Source: Octopus vulgaris (lineage: Eukaryota). From it: a stretch of 64,000 nt of DNA. Position 1 is the first letter of the stretch. Each line of letters begins with the position of its first letter. Positions 11,620 to 24,856 of this stretch are shown in pieces. The notes below the pieces were generated by a model, which had not been told where the DNA came from, ran no database searches, and worked only from the letters and a program-made list of their open reading frames with translations. Both the position numbers and the translations under genes were made by a program. The stretch is taken from NCBI GenBank assembly GCA_951406725.2, contig OX597816.1, forward strand, positions 24,738,001 through 24,802,000, given 5' to 3'.

Positions 11620-12500
11620 TTAACCCTTTCGTTATTGTATTTATTTTGAGATGCACTGTGTTTCTTTCAATTACTTTAAATATAACAAAGAATTTAGTAA
11701 AATAACTTAGTTATAATTCAGCTGGTGTTAGGACCATAAATTATGACTAAGGTTTGGTGGAAGATTTTAGTTCAAAACTTATGGAAACAAGACATTTGTA
11801 ATACAGAGGCAGTTTCTGCAGAGTTGTTATCGAAAGAGTTAAGAATTGTTTCTCTATTATATATTTTAACCCTTTTTGTTACCACATTTCCGTTGAGATG
11901 CTCTGTGTTTCTTTCAATTAATTTTAAATATAACAAAGAATTTAGTAAAATAACCTAGTTATCATTAAGCTAGTGTTAGGAACATAAATTGTGACTATGG
12001 TTTGGTGGAAGATTTTAATTCAAAACTTATGAAAACAAAACATTTGTACTCAGAGCCAGTGCCAGTTTCAGCCGGGTTGGTAAAAAAAGGGTTAAACATT
12101 CAGATTACTTTGTCAAATGTAATGCTTGTATATTCTGTAGCAAATAGCATTTTAGCTATTTTGAAATATGGTGCGAATTGGCAATATGACGTAATGTATT
12201 GCCGAAGAAATATTATTTTCGTTTTTTCCATTGGTTAATATAACTGCTTATATAAAGATTCTAAAAAGTTACGTAAAGAATACTTCTTCGGCAATACATT
12301 ACGTCATATTGCCAATTCACATTGTTTTGAATTAATCATGCTTTATCTCCATAGCTTTGAGATGTCAATGATGCAATTGTTTACTTTAGGAATTTTAATG
12401 TAGGGTAGGTGCAAGGGGCCAGATCTGGTTAGTTGCAAGATAAAACAAAGCAGAATATTTTGGCTGGATATGACCAGATTAAATGCTAAAGGGTTAAACT
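11620..12500. mobile_element. Cluster of TTAA-flanked piggyBac-like MITEs (11620-11842, 11866-12095, 12095-12497); relatives at 3065-3310, 24575-24860, 28494-28715
   Basis: TTAACCCTTT...AAAGGGTTAA ends; the first two are diverged tandem copies. Confidence 0.7.
12175..12318. mobile_element. 144-bp MITE with about 45-bp TIRs nested in a TTAA MITE
   Basis: GAATTGGCAATATGACGTAATGTATTGCCGAAGAA and its exact reverse complement. Confidence 0.75.
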
Positions 12501-13648
12501 TTTAGCCAAGGGGGAAGGCACATGACCTAGTGTTTAGTGTTGTCTTCTCATCATCATTTAACGTCCGCTTTCCATGCTGGCATGGGTTGGATGGCTCAAC
12601 TGAGGACTGGCAAGCCAAGAGGCAGTACCAGGCTCCAATCTGACCTGGCAAGGTGTCTACAACTGGATGCCCTTCCTAATGCCAACCACTCCGAGAGTGT
12701 AGTGGCTGCTTTTAAGACTGTGAGTTCAATTTCTGAACCAGGCAGTGCATAGTGTTCATGAGCAAAACACTTCGTCTCACATCAGTTTAATCTATTCAGC
12801 TGTAAGTGAGTAACCCTACAAGACATTGGTATCCTGTTCAGGAAAAATGGCGTGACCCCAGTCACTTATATGCTGTAAAAACTGGGTAAAACTAGCCTTA
12901 TGGGTCCCAGGATTAGAGACAATAATGTTTAGGGCTTGATGGTGATAATGATGGGAGCAGTGCCTCTGAGATTGGTGGGGAAGGAGGTATCTCCAAAGTG
13001 GTAACATGGCCAGAATCCTTGCAACAGAGAGGACACCACCAAAGACATCTGATGGCAGTGCTGAACTGGGAAGTGGGTTGTCTGTTATTCAAATAGGTCA
13101 TGGCAAGATTTAAATTCAGAGTGCAAAGAGCTGGAACAAATACCACAAGGTATCTGCTTCAATGTTCTTACAGTTATATTGATCCACAGTCTTGGATTGA
13201 TACTGTTTTATTGATCCCAAAACTATGAAAAGGAAAGCTGACCTCAGTGAGAATTGAACACAGAACACTAAGTTGGAACAGATACAACAAAGTATTCTGT
13301 CCAACACTCTAACAACCCTGCCTACTTGACTGACTAAAGTATTTGCTTGGTTTATCCAACCAAGACCATCTCCGTCTTTCTTAAGGACATCTTATTCTAA
13401 GATTTAAGACTTAAAATATAGCACCAGTTTTAAACTTGATAGCAAAGAGGGTTTACTTTTTTTAGGGGAGAGAGATAGATATAGCATATGAATTACGTGC
13501 TTCACTGAATAGATCAATCAGCAACATGTGATTGATATTGATTTGACATATTCTAAATTAACGACAAAGTAGCAGTCAGATGACATGCATAGGAAGATTT
13601 ATATATATATTTATATTTCATTTATATTTCATACCATTTATATATATA

Positions 13649-14012
13649 CTAGTACTATGGCCTGGCGTTGCCGGGTCATAGTATTAGTGCATGCATATAT
13701 AGCTGCGTGCATGCACACATACACGCGAGTACTGTCCAAATCTTCGATCACTCACATACAGCTAGCTGGCATTCAATCGGCATATCAAGTTTTGGGCATT
13801 TTGATTGGGTTTTAGACAGAAAATTCACAAAAAAGTCACTTCTATTGATTTTTTAATGGCTTTGCGGGGTGACTGGGGAAATGTAAAGATGTGCATGACC
13901 ACCCTTGGATGGTTTTGAATGACCATAGAAAGTGCGAGCCCTCTAACTGAAAAATTGTGGATTTGTATAAAGGACACGCACGCAGACATTTTGCCGTTTA
14001 TATATTTAGAGA
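13649..14012 (-). mobile_element. Non-autonomous Helitron
   Basis: 5' TCTCTAAATATATAAACGGC, 3' CCCGGCAACGCCAGG hairpin and CTAG, inserted between A and T. Confidence 0.8.
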
Positions 14013-17000
14013 TTTCGTACCATTTTCAGACGTCTTCAAGCCGATCAAATAAAACATCACAATGTAATGCTATGAGTAAAATAGTTCATACCACAGTGAA
14101 AGTACTATAGCACCCACTTGCTTTAACATATTAATACATTCCCATTCAGAATCAAGATGCATAGCCCAGTGGTTAGAGCATCAAGGTCACAATCGTGAGG
14201 TAGCGAGTTTGATTCCCGGACCAAGCTGTGTGTTGCGTTCTTGAGCAAGACATTTTATTTCATGTTGCTCCAGTTCACTCGGTAGTAGAAATGAGTTGCT
14301 ACGTCACTGGTGCCAAGCTGTATCGGCCTTTGCCTTTCCCTTGGATAACATTGGTGGTTTGGAGAAGGGAAGCTGGTATGCATGGGCAACTGCTGGTTGT
14401 TGATAAACAATCTTGCCCAGCAGGGAAGTTTTCTAGGAGCAATCGCATGGTCATTCATGGCTGAAGGGTGTCTTTTTACATTCCCATTATTATGGGTAAC
14501 TTCAATGGTTGGAACAGCTTAATGAAAAAAATGGGTTCTTTCTTTCTTTTTTTTTTTGTATGTGCAGGGAACTTTGTACCAAACCAGGCTATTTTCAAGG
14601 ACACTAGGTTGTGATTTGAGAAAAATTTGGTTGCTATTTCTAGCAGATGAACCAGCCATGTAAATATACATAGGACAATAGCTGAGATTTGAGCAAGATA
14701 TGGTGACCATTTGTACCAGGATTATATTATCCAATATCTCACTTTCAAGATAGCAGGCCAACAGAAGCAGCAGAACCACTTTATCTTAATTTGTCCTTTC
14801 TTATCTAAAACAGTGAGTGATTTGAGGGTGATACAGCTACTGTTTGCAGCAGGTGTACTATCATGTAAACATACATGAGGCAGCATGCTGTGATTTGAAG
14901 GTGATCTGGAAGATCCTAGGCATAAACAGGATATGCAATTTTGTTTCAATTTGTCTACCTAGTTTCATTAAACACAAGCTTGCAAACACACACATTTCAC
15001 ACTCTCTTTGTTTTAATGTCCTCTACTGCATGCTTGCATGGGTTGGGTGGAGTTAACTGAGGTTGATTTTCTATGGCTGGATACCCTTCCTGTCAATAAC
15101 ACTCACCTTTTTCTAAGTATCCTTTATCTTTTACTCGCTTCAGTTAGTTGACTGTGGCCATGCTGGGGCACCACCTTGAAGGGTTTTAGTCAAACAAATC
15201 GACTTCAGAACTTATTTTTTTCAAGCCTAGTACGTATTTCAACAGTATCTTTTGCCAAACCGCTAAGTTACAGGGACATAAACACCAATACCAGTTGCCA
15301 AGTGGTGGTGGGGAACAAGCACAGACAGTAGCTGTGTGGTAAGAAGCTTGCTTCCCAACCACATAGTTCTGGGTTCAGTCCCACTGCATGGCACCTTGGG
15401 CTGGAGTCTTCTATAGCCCCAGGCTGACCAAAGCCTTGCAAGTGGATTTGGTAGATGGGAGCTAAAAGAAACCTGTTGTATGTTTGTGTGTCTGTGTTTG
15501 TCTTCCACCACCACTTGATAACTGGTGTTGGTGCATTTACATCTCTGTGACTTAACAGTCCAGCAAAAAAATGTCCAATGGAATAAGTACCAAGTTTAAG
15601 AAAATAATTATAGAAATGGAAATTGTAGTTGTGATACCTGTGCCGGTGGCACGTAAAAAGCACCATCCGAACGTGACCAATGCCAGCACTGCCTTGACTG
15701 GCACCTGTGCCGGTGGCACGTAAAAAGCACCAACAGATTGTGGCCATTACCAGCCTCCCCTCGAACCTGTGCTGGTGGCACGTAAAAAGCACCCACTTCA
15801 CTCACGGAGTGGTTGGCATTAGGAAAGGCATCCAGCCGTAGAAACACTGCCAGATTAGACTGGAGCCTGGTGCAGCCTTCTGGCCTCCCAGATCCCCGGT
15901 CGAACCGTCCAACCCATGCTAGCATGGAAAACTGATGTTAAACGATGATGATGATGAAGTTGCTGCATTTGACTAAAATTCATCACGGTGCTACGCCGCA
16001 TGGCCACAGTCTAATACTGAAACAATTAAAAGGAAAAAGATAAAGGAACTAGTTTTGTCTTTATTAATTTACCGTTTTATATGTAAGTCAACGCAAAGGT
16101 TCTTACATAAATCCATCTTTTGTCTTTTGCTTGTTTCAGTAATTTGATTGTGGCCATACTGGAACACTGCCATGAAGGGTTTACATCATCATCATCATCA
16201 TTTAACGTCCGCTTTCCATGCTAGCATGGGTTGGACGATTTGACTCATGGAGTGGTTGGCATTAGAAAGGGCATCCAGCTGTAGAAACACTGCCAGATCA
16301 GACTGGAGCCTGGAGCAGCCTCCTGGCTTCCCAAACCCCGGCCGAACTGTCCAACTCATGCTAGCATGGAAAACGGACGTTAAATGATGATGATAATACT
16401 TATTCTATCAGTCTCTTATGGTGAACAGCTAGTTTATGGGGATGTAAACAAACTAACACTGGTTACCAAGCAGTGGGGGAGGGCAAACAAAAACACACAC
16501 ATCAGCTGGTATTTGCTTGGTTATGACGACAAGGGTTCCAGTTGATTGGTTGAATGGAACAGCTTGCTAAGGAAAATAACGTGCAAGTGGCTGAGCACTC
16601 CACAGACATGTGTACCCTTAATAAGGTCCTCAAGGAGATCCAGCATGACATGGAATGTGACAAGGGTACCCATGTCTGTAGACTGCTCAGTCAGTTGATG
16701 TGTGCTTTTGTGTTTGTCCTCCACTGCTTGGTAACCAGTATTGGTTTATTTACATCCCCATAAATTAACAGTTCCAAGTAGGAGACTGATAGAATAAATA
16801 CCAGAGTTTAAAATTAAAAAATAAATACAAGAGTCAACTGAATTACAGGTACAACTCATTTTTACCAGCTGGGCAGACTGGTGCAATGTGAAATAAAGAG
16901 TCTTGCTCAAGGACATAATGAACCACTGAGAATTGAACTCACAACTTTATGATCATGAGCCAAATTCTCTAACCACTAAGCCATGTGCCTACATATATAT

Positions 17001-17311
17001 ATATACACAATAGGCTTCCACAAAGTTTAGGTTTACCAAATTCAGTCACAAAGTTGTGGTTGGCCCAAGGCTATAAGAGAAGACACTTGCCCGTGGTACT
17101 GCACAGTAGAACTGAACACAGGACTGCATGATTGGAAAACAAGCTTCTTAACCACATATCCATGCTGAATACTTTAAGAATGGGAGGTTTTGCATATAAG
17201 AATCAAAAGTAGTTTCAGGTGGGTTATAAAAAAAAAAAACGGTTATTCTCATCATTATGGGAATGCCTTGAAAAGTTCATGGGCAAAGCACTTTCTCTAC
17301 TAACTTTTTTT

Positions 17312-17820
17312 GGATCTTTTCCTTTTGAATGGCAGACAATTTTTAGTTAACTAAACACTTTAAAACTTCGTATACTGGTAGAATGTGTCAAAATAAAACA
17401 TATTTTTCTCTTGGCTTTCTTGAGAAAATTGTAATTTGTTTGTTTAACGTAGTTTAATTTTTCGAATGTTAACCAATCCTATGCTCTCTTTTGAGCTAAA
17501 ATCATTTGCTGCGTCTAAAACTGAAACAACATCCAGTAACTAACCCTCCCCCTCCCCCTAGAGGGTGAGGGTTAGTTACAGGATGTTGTCTCAGTTTTAG
17601 ACGCAGCAAATGTTGTTTACCTAAATGGAGGTAATCGATTGGTTAAAATTGCCGAAATGCTTGGATTTTCAGACAAGTTATATTACATACTATAGAATTT
17701 TCTCAATAAAACCAAGAGAAAATTATGTTTTATAAACACATTCTACCAGTATACGAAGTTTAAAAGTGTTTAGTTAACTAGAAATTGTGTTGACATCTGC
17801 TGTTCAAAAGGAAAAGATCC
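17312..17820. mobile_element. Palindromic MITE with GGATC termini
   Basis: About 235-bp imperfect inverted arms; TAACTAACCCT centre. Confidence 0.85.
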
Positions 17821-18229
17821 CCCTTTTTTTATGTAGCTCACATGAAAGTAATGCTTTCAGAGCTGCAAAACTAACAGCATTAATTGACGGAACAAGGAAA
17901 GCAAGAACATAACAGGAGTTCTCAAAATGTAGGTTAAAAACAGGCAATCTTCTGTGACATATTCTCTCTAAATGTCATATGAGAAGCAAGTTATATGACA
18001 AATTCATGTAAGAAGTATGATTCAATGAAAGCTGAAAAATAGAGCAGATGGCCAATACAGAATACTGAAAAATAACAACTTGCCTTTGTTGCTAATGAAT
18101 ATTTTTTTCTAACAAGCTCACTGACTAAATGTGAACCAGCCACGACTATGATTTCACGTGGCTTAACAGGTCTTCATAGACACAGCACATCGTCCAACAC
18201 TAGAATGGTGCTTTTTACGTGCCAGTTAC

Positions 18230-18500
18230 GTGACACTAGCATCAGACACAATTACAATCTCACTTGGCTTGAAGGGTCTTCTCAAGCATGGCATATCACC
18301 AAAGGTCTCGGTCACTTGTCATCACCTCCGTGAGGCCCAACATTTGAAGATCGTGCTTCACCACCTTGTCCTATGTCTTCCTGGGTATAGCTCTTCCATA
18401 GGTTCCCTCCACCATTAGAGTGCAATACTTCTTCACTCAGCTGTCCTCATATGATACATCACATGACCATACCAGCGCAGTCATCTCTCTTGCACAAGTT
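18230..18500 (-). mobile_element. RTE LINE 3' fragment
   Basis: Reverse strand reads LRWYGHV...and ..YPGRHRTRW-like RTE C-terminal sequence. Confidence 0.65.
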
Positions 18501-18619
18501 GACAAACAAGTTGTCTGGAGCTCGTTGTGTAAAAGAAAAGTAGTTCTTCCGTGGTCACCAAACTCATTAACTACAGTTTGACAAAGAAAAATGGTACGTT
18601 AAACTCAAAGCTCACCCAT

Positions 18620-19300
18620 AATAATTGTGGCAACAGCTGAGTATGTATGGGAAGCAGAGAGTATGGGACAATCTGCATTCAGGTGCCATTTAAACTCTTT
18701 CCTTGATCATTCTAATCAATTTTCAAGGTGTTGCCTACTTTCTGCTTGTGCAAAATTCTTGGGGTACTGGATTGATACTCTGCCTGTGGTCAACATTGGA
18801 GGTCTACTCAATCTTGATGAGCTCTGCATCTCCATCGCACTCAGAGTGGGAGCTGACATCAGTAGGGGACTGAGATGTCACTGTGGTAGGCCCCTTGATC
18901 CCTCAGGTTTTCATGGCCATTTCATTCATAACACCAAGCTAAACCTGATCATTAAGTGGGCCCTGGCTCAGATTAACATCCCCTCAGTTCTGGAGCTAGT
19001 GGGATTATCCAGAAGTGATGGAAAGAGACTAGATGGTCTTACCCTTTGTCTCTGTATTAGAGGCAGGCGTCTGTGACTCTTTTTGCTCTTTCCCACATCC
19101 TAAATGTTGCGCTAAATGGGAGGATCACTACTTCCATAGCTGAACAACAAAACCCTGAAGATGGGACCACTAACCACAAAGTTCTTGTCATCACTGGCGG
19201 TTCACCTTGCCGAGATGATAGGGGGTACCTGTGAGGGTGCAAGGCTGTTCCATTGCCTTGGCCTCACCATTGCCCATGGTAATGCTGTGAGCATTGGTTC
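18620..19300 (+). mobile_element. CRE-like non-LTR retrotransposon remnant (Zn knuckle plus restriction-like endonuclease)
   Basis: LCISIALRVGADI...CHCGRPLDPSGFHG...H..LN.IIK.AL...IPSVLE.VGLSRSDGKRLDGLTL; downstream GP.T.KFL..LA..LA and L.IA.GNA. Confidence 0.72.
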
Positions 19301-19837
19301 CATTGAGCCTTGTGGTGTGCAACCAACTGAAGCACTTGGTGCTGCCTTGGTGTTTTTTTTCCTTTCTCTTTTGTAAAACTATATTAGTTTTCAAAATAAT
19401 GACAGCAATTAGAATTCAATAAAAAATCAAAAATGATACTAGAACATCTCGTTTATTATTTTTATCATAATTGGCCATCACTTGCCTTTGGTATCAGACA
19501 TGTCAGATTCGTTCATTACTTTCCGTGAGTCATTTTGTGCATGAATGCATGCGTTGTCAACTGTAAGCACATGAAATATTATCACTAATACAGCTTTTTC
19601 GATGTTGATCTCATTTTCTTGGAAATTTACGGATTTTACATACACAAATGAAGCATGTAAGAACGAACTCTAGCCGCATACACATAAATACACAAAAATG
19701 CATGTATGCATTCATAACTCACATATTGGAAATATGCAAAGCTTTTTTCAAATTTAAAATGAAACATTGCTTTTGTTATCTACATTCCACACACATACAT
19801 ACAAAAAAAAATATGTATATGTATGCACGGTCTATAT

Positions 19838-20337
19838 CAGGGGTCACCAAATATTTTTCATGGTGGGTCAGATAACTGAGAGAATGATGAGTGCGGGCCA
19901 CATAACTATTTTGGCCAATACAGTACAGTGCATACACAAAAAATAAAGATAACCAACATTTATTTACCAAAAAGTTATCAAAGAAAGCTACGTTAGCAAT
20001 AAGGTAGTTATATGATCCCCCAGTGTGCACATATCCGAATCTCACAAACTAAGCAGCAAAAAAGGTTTGTGAGATTTGTGAAACTGGTGTTTAGCTTTTA
20101 AGATATCATCAATATTTGCTTTGGAATTGCTGCATCCAACCAAGAGAACTGCGTTCGATGTGCTGACTTCACATACTTCAATTTTGAAAATGTTTGCTTA
20201 TAGACATAAGTTGTTCCAAACACTGATGCCATATACCAGAGGAAAATGAACTCTCATTGCAAGTACTTACACAAAAGGTACAACGCGACGGCGGGCCAGA
20301 TGAACTGACCTCGCGACCCGTAATTTGGCGACCCCAG
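19838..20337. mobile_element. hAT (Charlie-like) MITE
   Basis: CAGGGGTCACCAAAT...ATTTGGCGACCCCAG termini, GCGGGCC subterminal motifs, GTCT-starting flanks. Confidence 0.7.
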
Positions 20338-20641
20338 GTCTTTTACGAAAGATAATGGGTGCGCGTGTGTGTGTGTGTGAATACAAATACATAAAACAGA
20401 ACACGCTCGCACATACACACACGTACACCCATTAGCTTTCATATACAAGTACATACATAAATATACACACACACACGCGCGCGGGTGCCCGTTTCTTTCC
20501 TCTTCCTCTTCGACACGTCATGAAACCAAAAGTAAATAAATAAAACGGCGACATTATTATTTAACTTGTGTAAACCATGATGCATCACATTGCCAGCAGA
20601 ACATATGGAAGCACACCAGCGGTTCATGGATAAAAAAAAAG

Positions 20642-20931
20642 GGCGATCTTTCGTCTCTAGTAGACCTTTCCGTCGATTTCCGTAAAAAACTTCTTTTTTT
20701 TTACATATGGGCTTGCGGTCCCCCACACCCCATCAAACACACACACACACACACATGTACATCAATGCTCCCATGCACGGTAACTTCAAAAGAACTTCCC
20801 TCGTCATACAATCGCTTTCTCTTAGTCTCTTTCGCTCTCATTACTTCAAAAGTTCCCGCAAGCCCATATGTAAAAAAAAAAATTTTTTTACGGAAATCGA
20901 CGAAAAGGTCTACTAGAGACGAAAGATTGCC
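20642..20931. mobile_element. MITE with about 75-bp TIRs, GG termini and 8-bp TSD (Merlin-like)
   Basis: GGCGATCTTTCGTCTCTAGTAGACC.../...GGTCTACTAGAGACGAAAGATTGCC; AAAAAAAG on both sides. Confidence 0.8.
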
Positions 20932-21068
20932 AAAAAAAGTTGCGAATACTTTACCAAAAGTTCCAAGGGCTATCTATATCACGATGTAGGACTAAGAGAG
21001 GTTGCGTTCAGAATTAAAGAGAAGCTGAGAATGTAATAACTTAAGCCAACGCAACTGCCCTTTTAAGT

Positions 21069-21123
<55 letters not shown>

Positions 21124-21259
21124 CCACTATTTAATAAGATCCTTCTATGATATACTTCTATCTAGTCTCGCCTATAGATATTGAGTGTTTCAATATACAT
21201 ATGTGTGTATGTGTGTAATGACAAAATATTTTCTAGGGGGGCCATAAATCAACAGGTTT

Positions 21260-21310
21260 GGGATCTGGCGATACGCTAAGCGTTTTATGGACGAAACCCA
21301 GGGTAATCCC
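21260..21310 (+). ncRNA. Degenerate hammerhead motif (A6G) in a Penelope-like terminal repeat fragment (about 21225-21530)
   Basis: GGGAU-CUGGCGA-...-GAAA-CCC a GGG-UA-AUCCC; stems I and III pair, stem II irregular. Confidence 0.55.
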
Positions 21311-21567
21311 ATAAACCGGCCTTATCTAAATCTATCGATCTGTGTGTATGTATACATATGCGGAGTAGATGAAACAGGGACAACTGAAGAAGGGGAATAT
21401 TCCTTGTGTTGTATGTCTTGTACTCTGTTTTTTCGTTGTTTGAAAAAAAGTTCGTTTCCATGTTTTTGTTTTTATGTTTTCGTTTCTCATTGTGTTCGAC
21501 GTTTTTTTGATGTCCTGTACCCATATATGCATATATATATATATACATATAGATGTAGGTATGTACA

Positions 21568-21607
<40 letters not shown>

Positions 21608-22777
21608 TAGGGAATAAATCCAAACTTACAGGCAAAAATCAGATTTAGGATTAAATCCAATTTTATAGTATAAATATATTATATTAAATTAGATATAAAA
21701 CCACTATTAGGCAAATCAAACAATGAACACCAGAAAGCAACCACGTATATATAATAGACAAGTTAAATTAATGGCCATTACATATAATTCCTTTCTTATA
21801 GCAAATTTGTATGTGTGTAGAGATGAAATCTTGAAGTCTGAACTCAAAATAATAGAATTTACTAAATGCGAACCCCCACTACAAGCTTTCGTTGTTTTCT
21901 GCAAATAAATAAAAATGCTAAATAATACACACACATACATGTATACTGACAGATAGATTCATATTTGAATAATTAACTTGTGAGTCAGCTGCTTGAATCA
22001 TCATAAGCGCGCACAAATACAGGGTTTGGCACTGAAGACGTCGTCATTAATACAATTCCATCTTGGCTGAGCACCAGAAAACAACCACGTATAATAAAAA
22101 TAATATAAGAAATTCATGTAAAGGTGGAAAGACGAAAATCGAGTGTTGCTAGGGTTGTTTAGCTCCCGAGTCAATTCTGATAGACTAGATTATATGATCA
22201 AAATGAACTTCTGTCGTAATTATACGAGGGATAAGACAACATAATTACCAACAGACTTTGTTTCAATTCAAAGTTGTTTACCACGAAACGGTTAAATAGA
22301 AGTTGTGTTAATTAGGGTCTATTTCTTCTGTTCATTTATTCTATTGACTATGAATTAAACAGCATTCTGCCTTCTCAAATTTACCAAATTTCATATCAAT
22401 CACAACCATAACATTGTTATTAAGACAACACATTTGGCTTCTTCGACCCATCCGTGACATCTTTGGAGACTCAGATTAAGGAGTATTTCTTTAATTCTTT
22501 TTTTGTGTGTATGTGTGTGTGGAAGGAATTAGAGATTTAGCTGCTGTCTTTTGCAATTCAAGACTCCGTCGTTAGCTCAAAACTAAATGTTTGTTGCTTC
22601 CCCCGCTAAGAAAATTTGAAGAATTTCCAGAAAGAAAGAAAAAAAAAGGGTCAATTAGCAAAAAAAAAAAAACAGATAAAAAACAACAAAAAAACCCAAA
22701 AGTTTCCAGACACACCGAGGTGTGATTAACAATAAATTGACACCCCATCATATTATCCAACATAGTAATTTACTTAC

Positions 22778-22831
22778 AGCCGTGGGTCCATTTCGCAATA
22801 AGTCAGGCGCTGTCTTCGTTTTTGAAGACAT
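22778..22831 (-). CDS. HAUS6: HAUS augmin-like complex subunit 6, putative coding exon 1 (MSSKTKTAPDLLRNGPTA)
   Basis: ATG at 22831, 54 nt, GTAAGT donor. Phase 0 matches the next exon. Lies in the CpG-retaining segment near the SDHAF4 first exon. The peptide itself is not recognisably conserved. Confidence 0.72.
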
Positions 22832-23505
22832 TCTTTCAACTGCAAAAGTAATCCGACAGTTAAAATATCCGCCACTAAAACTACCCGGATGTACGTATTT
22901 ATTTACAGCAGTAGATACGTATTTTTAGCTTTTTTTTTTCTAATTTATTCAAGTATAAAAAAAAAAAAAGGAAAAGGAATTAAGTTAAATCAAATTAGAT
23001 AAGAAATAATAATATGGTTTAGTTAATTTCTGAAATATATTCTTATTTGACGAAAATTATGGGAAAAAATATCAATGTAAAGCAAAAAAAAATACTTTTG
23101 ACATTTGTTGGCTCAGATAATGTAATGGCTGTGAAAGATTAAATTGTCCTCTAACTACTGTATTTGTTTACATATATAATGCTAGAAATATAACGCAAGA
23201 TATCTGGGTCAAAATTAAGGATAGCATCGTACCTGAACCTTAAAAAAAAGAGAAAAGTACATAAATTATATTATTGATTTTAAGGTAGAAAAACTGGTGG
23301 TCGCATTATATTTGAGTATATTTGAGATAGACTAAAATTTCGTGCAATATATTATATATTATATTATATACATATGATGTAGATATTTATTGATGTTGAA
23401 TAAAATAAATAATTTGCTCCGGAGAAAAAAAAATGTTTTATATAATGTACGGAAGCTCGGCTAAGATTTGGCTTCCAAATCATTTGTATCTCAATATCAA
23501 CAACG
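22832..23505. promoter_or_regulatory. Bidirectional promoter region HAUS6/SDHAF4
   Basis: Divergent start codons 674 bp apart, no recognisable TE between them. ETS-like motifs CCGGATGT (22885-22892) and ACGGAAGC (23449-23456) lie next to each first exon. Confidence 0.6.
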
Positions 23506-23551
23506 ATGACCTCGGTCAAATCTGTTTCGCGGCTCAGCTGTCTTTGCCGAA
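23506..23551 (+). CDS. SDHAF4: SDHAF4 exon 1, mitochondrial targeting peptide (MTSVKSVSRLSCLCR)
   Basis: ATG then 46 nt to a GTAAGT donor. Phase 1 joins exon 2 in frame (A+GT=Ser). Ser/Arg-rich with no acidic residues. Confidence 0.8.
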
Positions 23552-24856
23552 GTAAGTTCCTTGTTTTTTTGTCTCCACATATACACCACAGACATGTATA
23601 TATACTTACACACACACGCACTAACTCTAAACACCGGGTGTGCATGTTTCTTTACCTTCGTCGCATAATTACATAATTGTGGTCTTCGACTTTGTTTCCT
23701 CATAACTTTCAGTAAAAATACGTATTTTTAAAATTAAATTTTAAAATAAATACCTTTCAGAATAGCATAGATTACGGTTATATCGGAATTTAATGCGAAA
23801 AAATAATTGGTGGACGTACACACACACATACATACTAACGCATAAATATTATTCTCTATAAATTTAGACTTCTAATAACAAACCTGTGTTGGTTTTTAAG
23901 AGGGAAAATAGTATTTGAGAACGATTTCCCGCACGGCAAAATGAAAATAAATATACCATCAATTACATAACAGAAACAAACAAGGATAAGACATCTTCAA
24001 ACATAATACACCTAAACCACATGTTCTCTGAAACAAACTCAACTTCAGACAACTATACAAGGAAGTATCAAGAAGTAAATCGTAGAAAACTGGAAAATAT
24101 TTGTATCCAACGTAACCCCACCTCACCCCTTCCAACTAACAACAAAACAATATATCGATAATGCTCAGTAGTTTTACAAAATTAAATCAGAAAATTGGAC
24201 GAAACGGGGAACACAATTGCAAGAAATTAAGGCGATCTTTCGTTACGAGAACACACGACTGCTAGTTACAAACCATGTGTGTTTATATACATTTGTGAAG
24301 GTGATCGTTGTTACTAGTACCGTGAGATGGCCAAAATTAAAAAGAAAAAGAAAAGAAAAGAAAACAATTCACCACCTTGGGATAAAAAGTTGGGGGCGCT
24401 GGGAAACCTCTATAAGGGCTTTTGAGGCACGCCTGTAGAGTTGCCGCGGGTGATGGCGAGGCTGATGCGCTGAAACAGCCAAGCGCCCTCACAAGCCTTA
24501 ACAATATATTATAACAATAACAACAGTCACAACATCGAATGATGCATCAATACCATATTTTTATTGAAATATCCTGCCTTTGCTTTAATTGATTTTGAAA
24601 ACAATGAAGAATTTAGTAAGATAATTGTGTCATTATCAAGCTGGTGTTTTTGGAATATAATATATTAGCATGACATTCTGAAGGTAACCCTTTTGATGCC
24701 ATCCGCTTGAAAACGTTATTGGTTCTATGATACAAATTTTACATCAAAATTTCATGTTTTTCATGTTAATTTATATTTCAAACACCAGCTTGATAACGAC
24801 TGAGTTATTTTACTAAATTTTTTCGTCATTTTCAAAATTAGTTGAAAGAAAGGTTC

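Noticed and set aside
15630-15795. Regularly spaced 25-bp repeats resembling a CRISPR array
   Set aside because: Internal subrepeats of retroposon family B in eukaryotic DNA; no cas genes.
21728-22093. 22-bp direct repeat CACCAGAAA.CAACCACGTATA, 344 bp apart
   Set aside because: No ribozyme or TIR found between the copies; could be a TSD, but the element cannot be defined.
23445-23551. Out-of-frame upstream ATG overlapping the SDHAF4 start
   Set aside because: It overlaps the ETS-like motif and is probably upstream of the TSS; cannot be supported without 5' end data.
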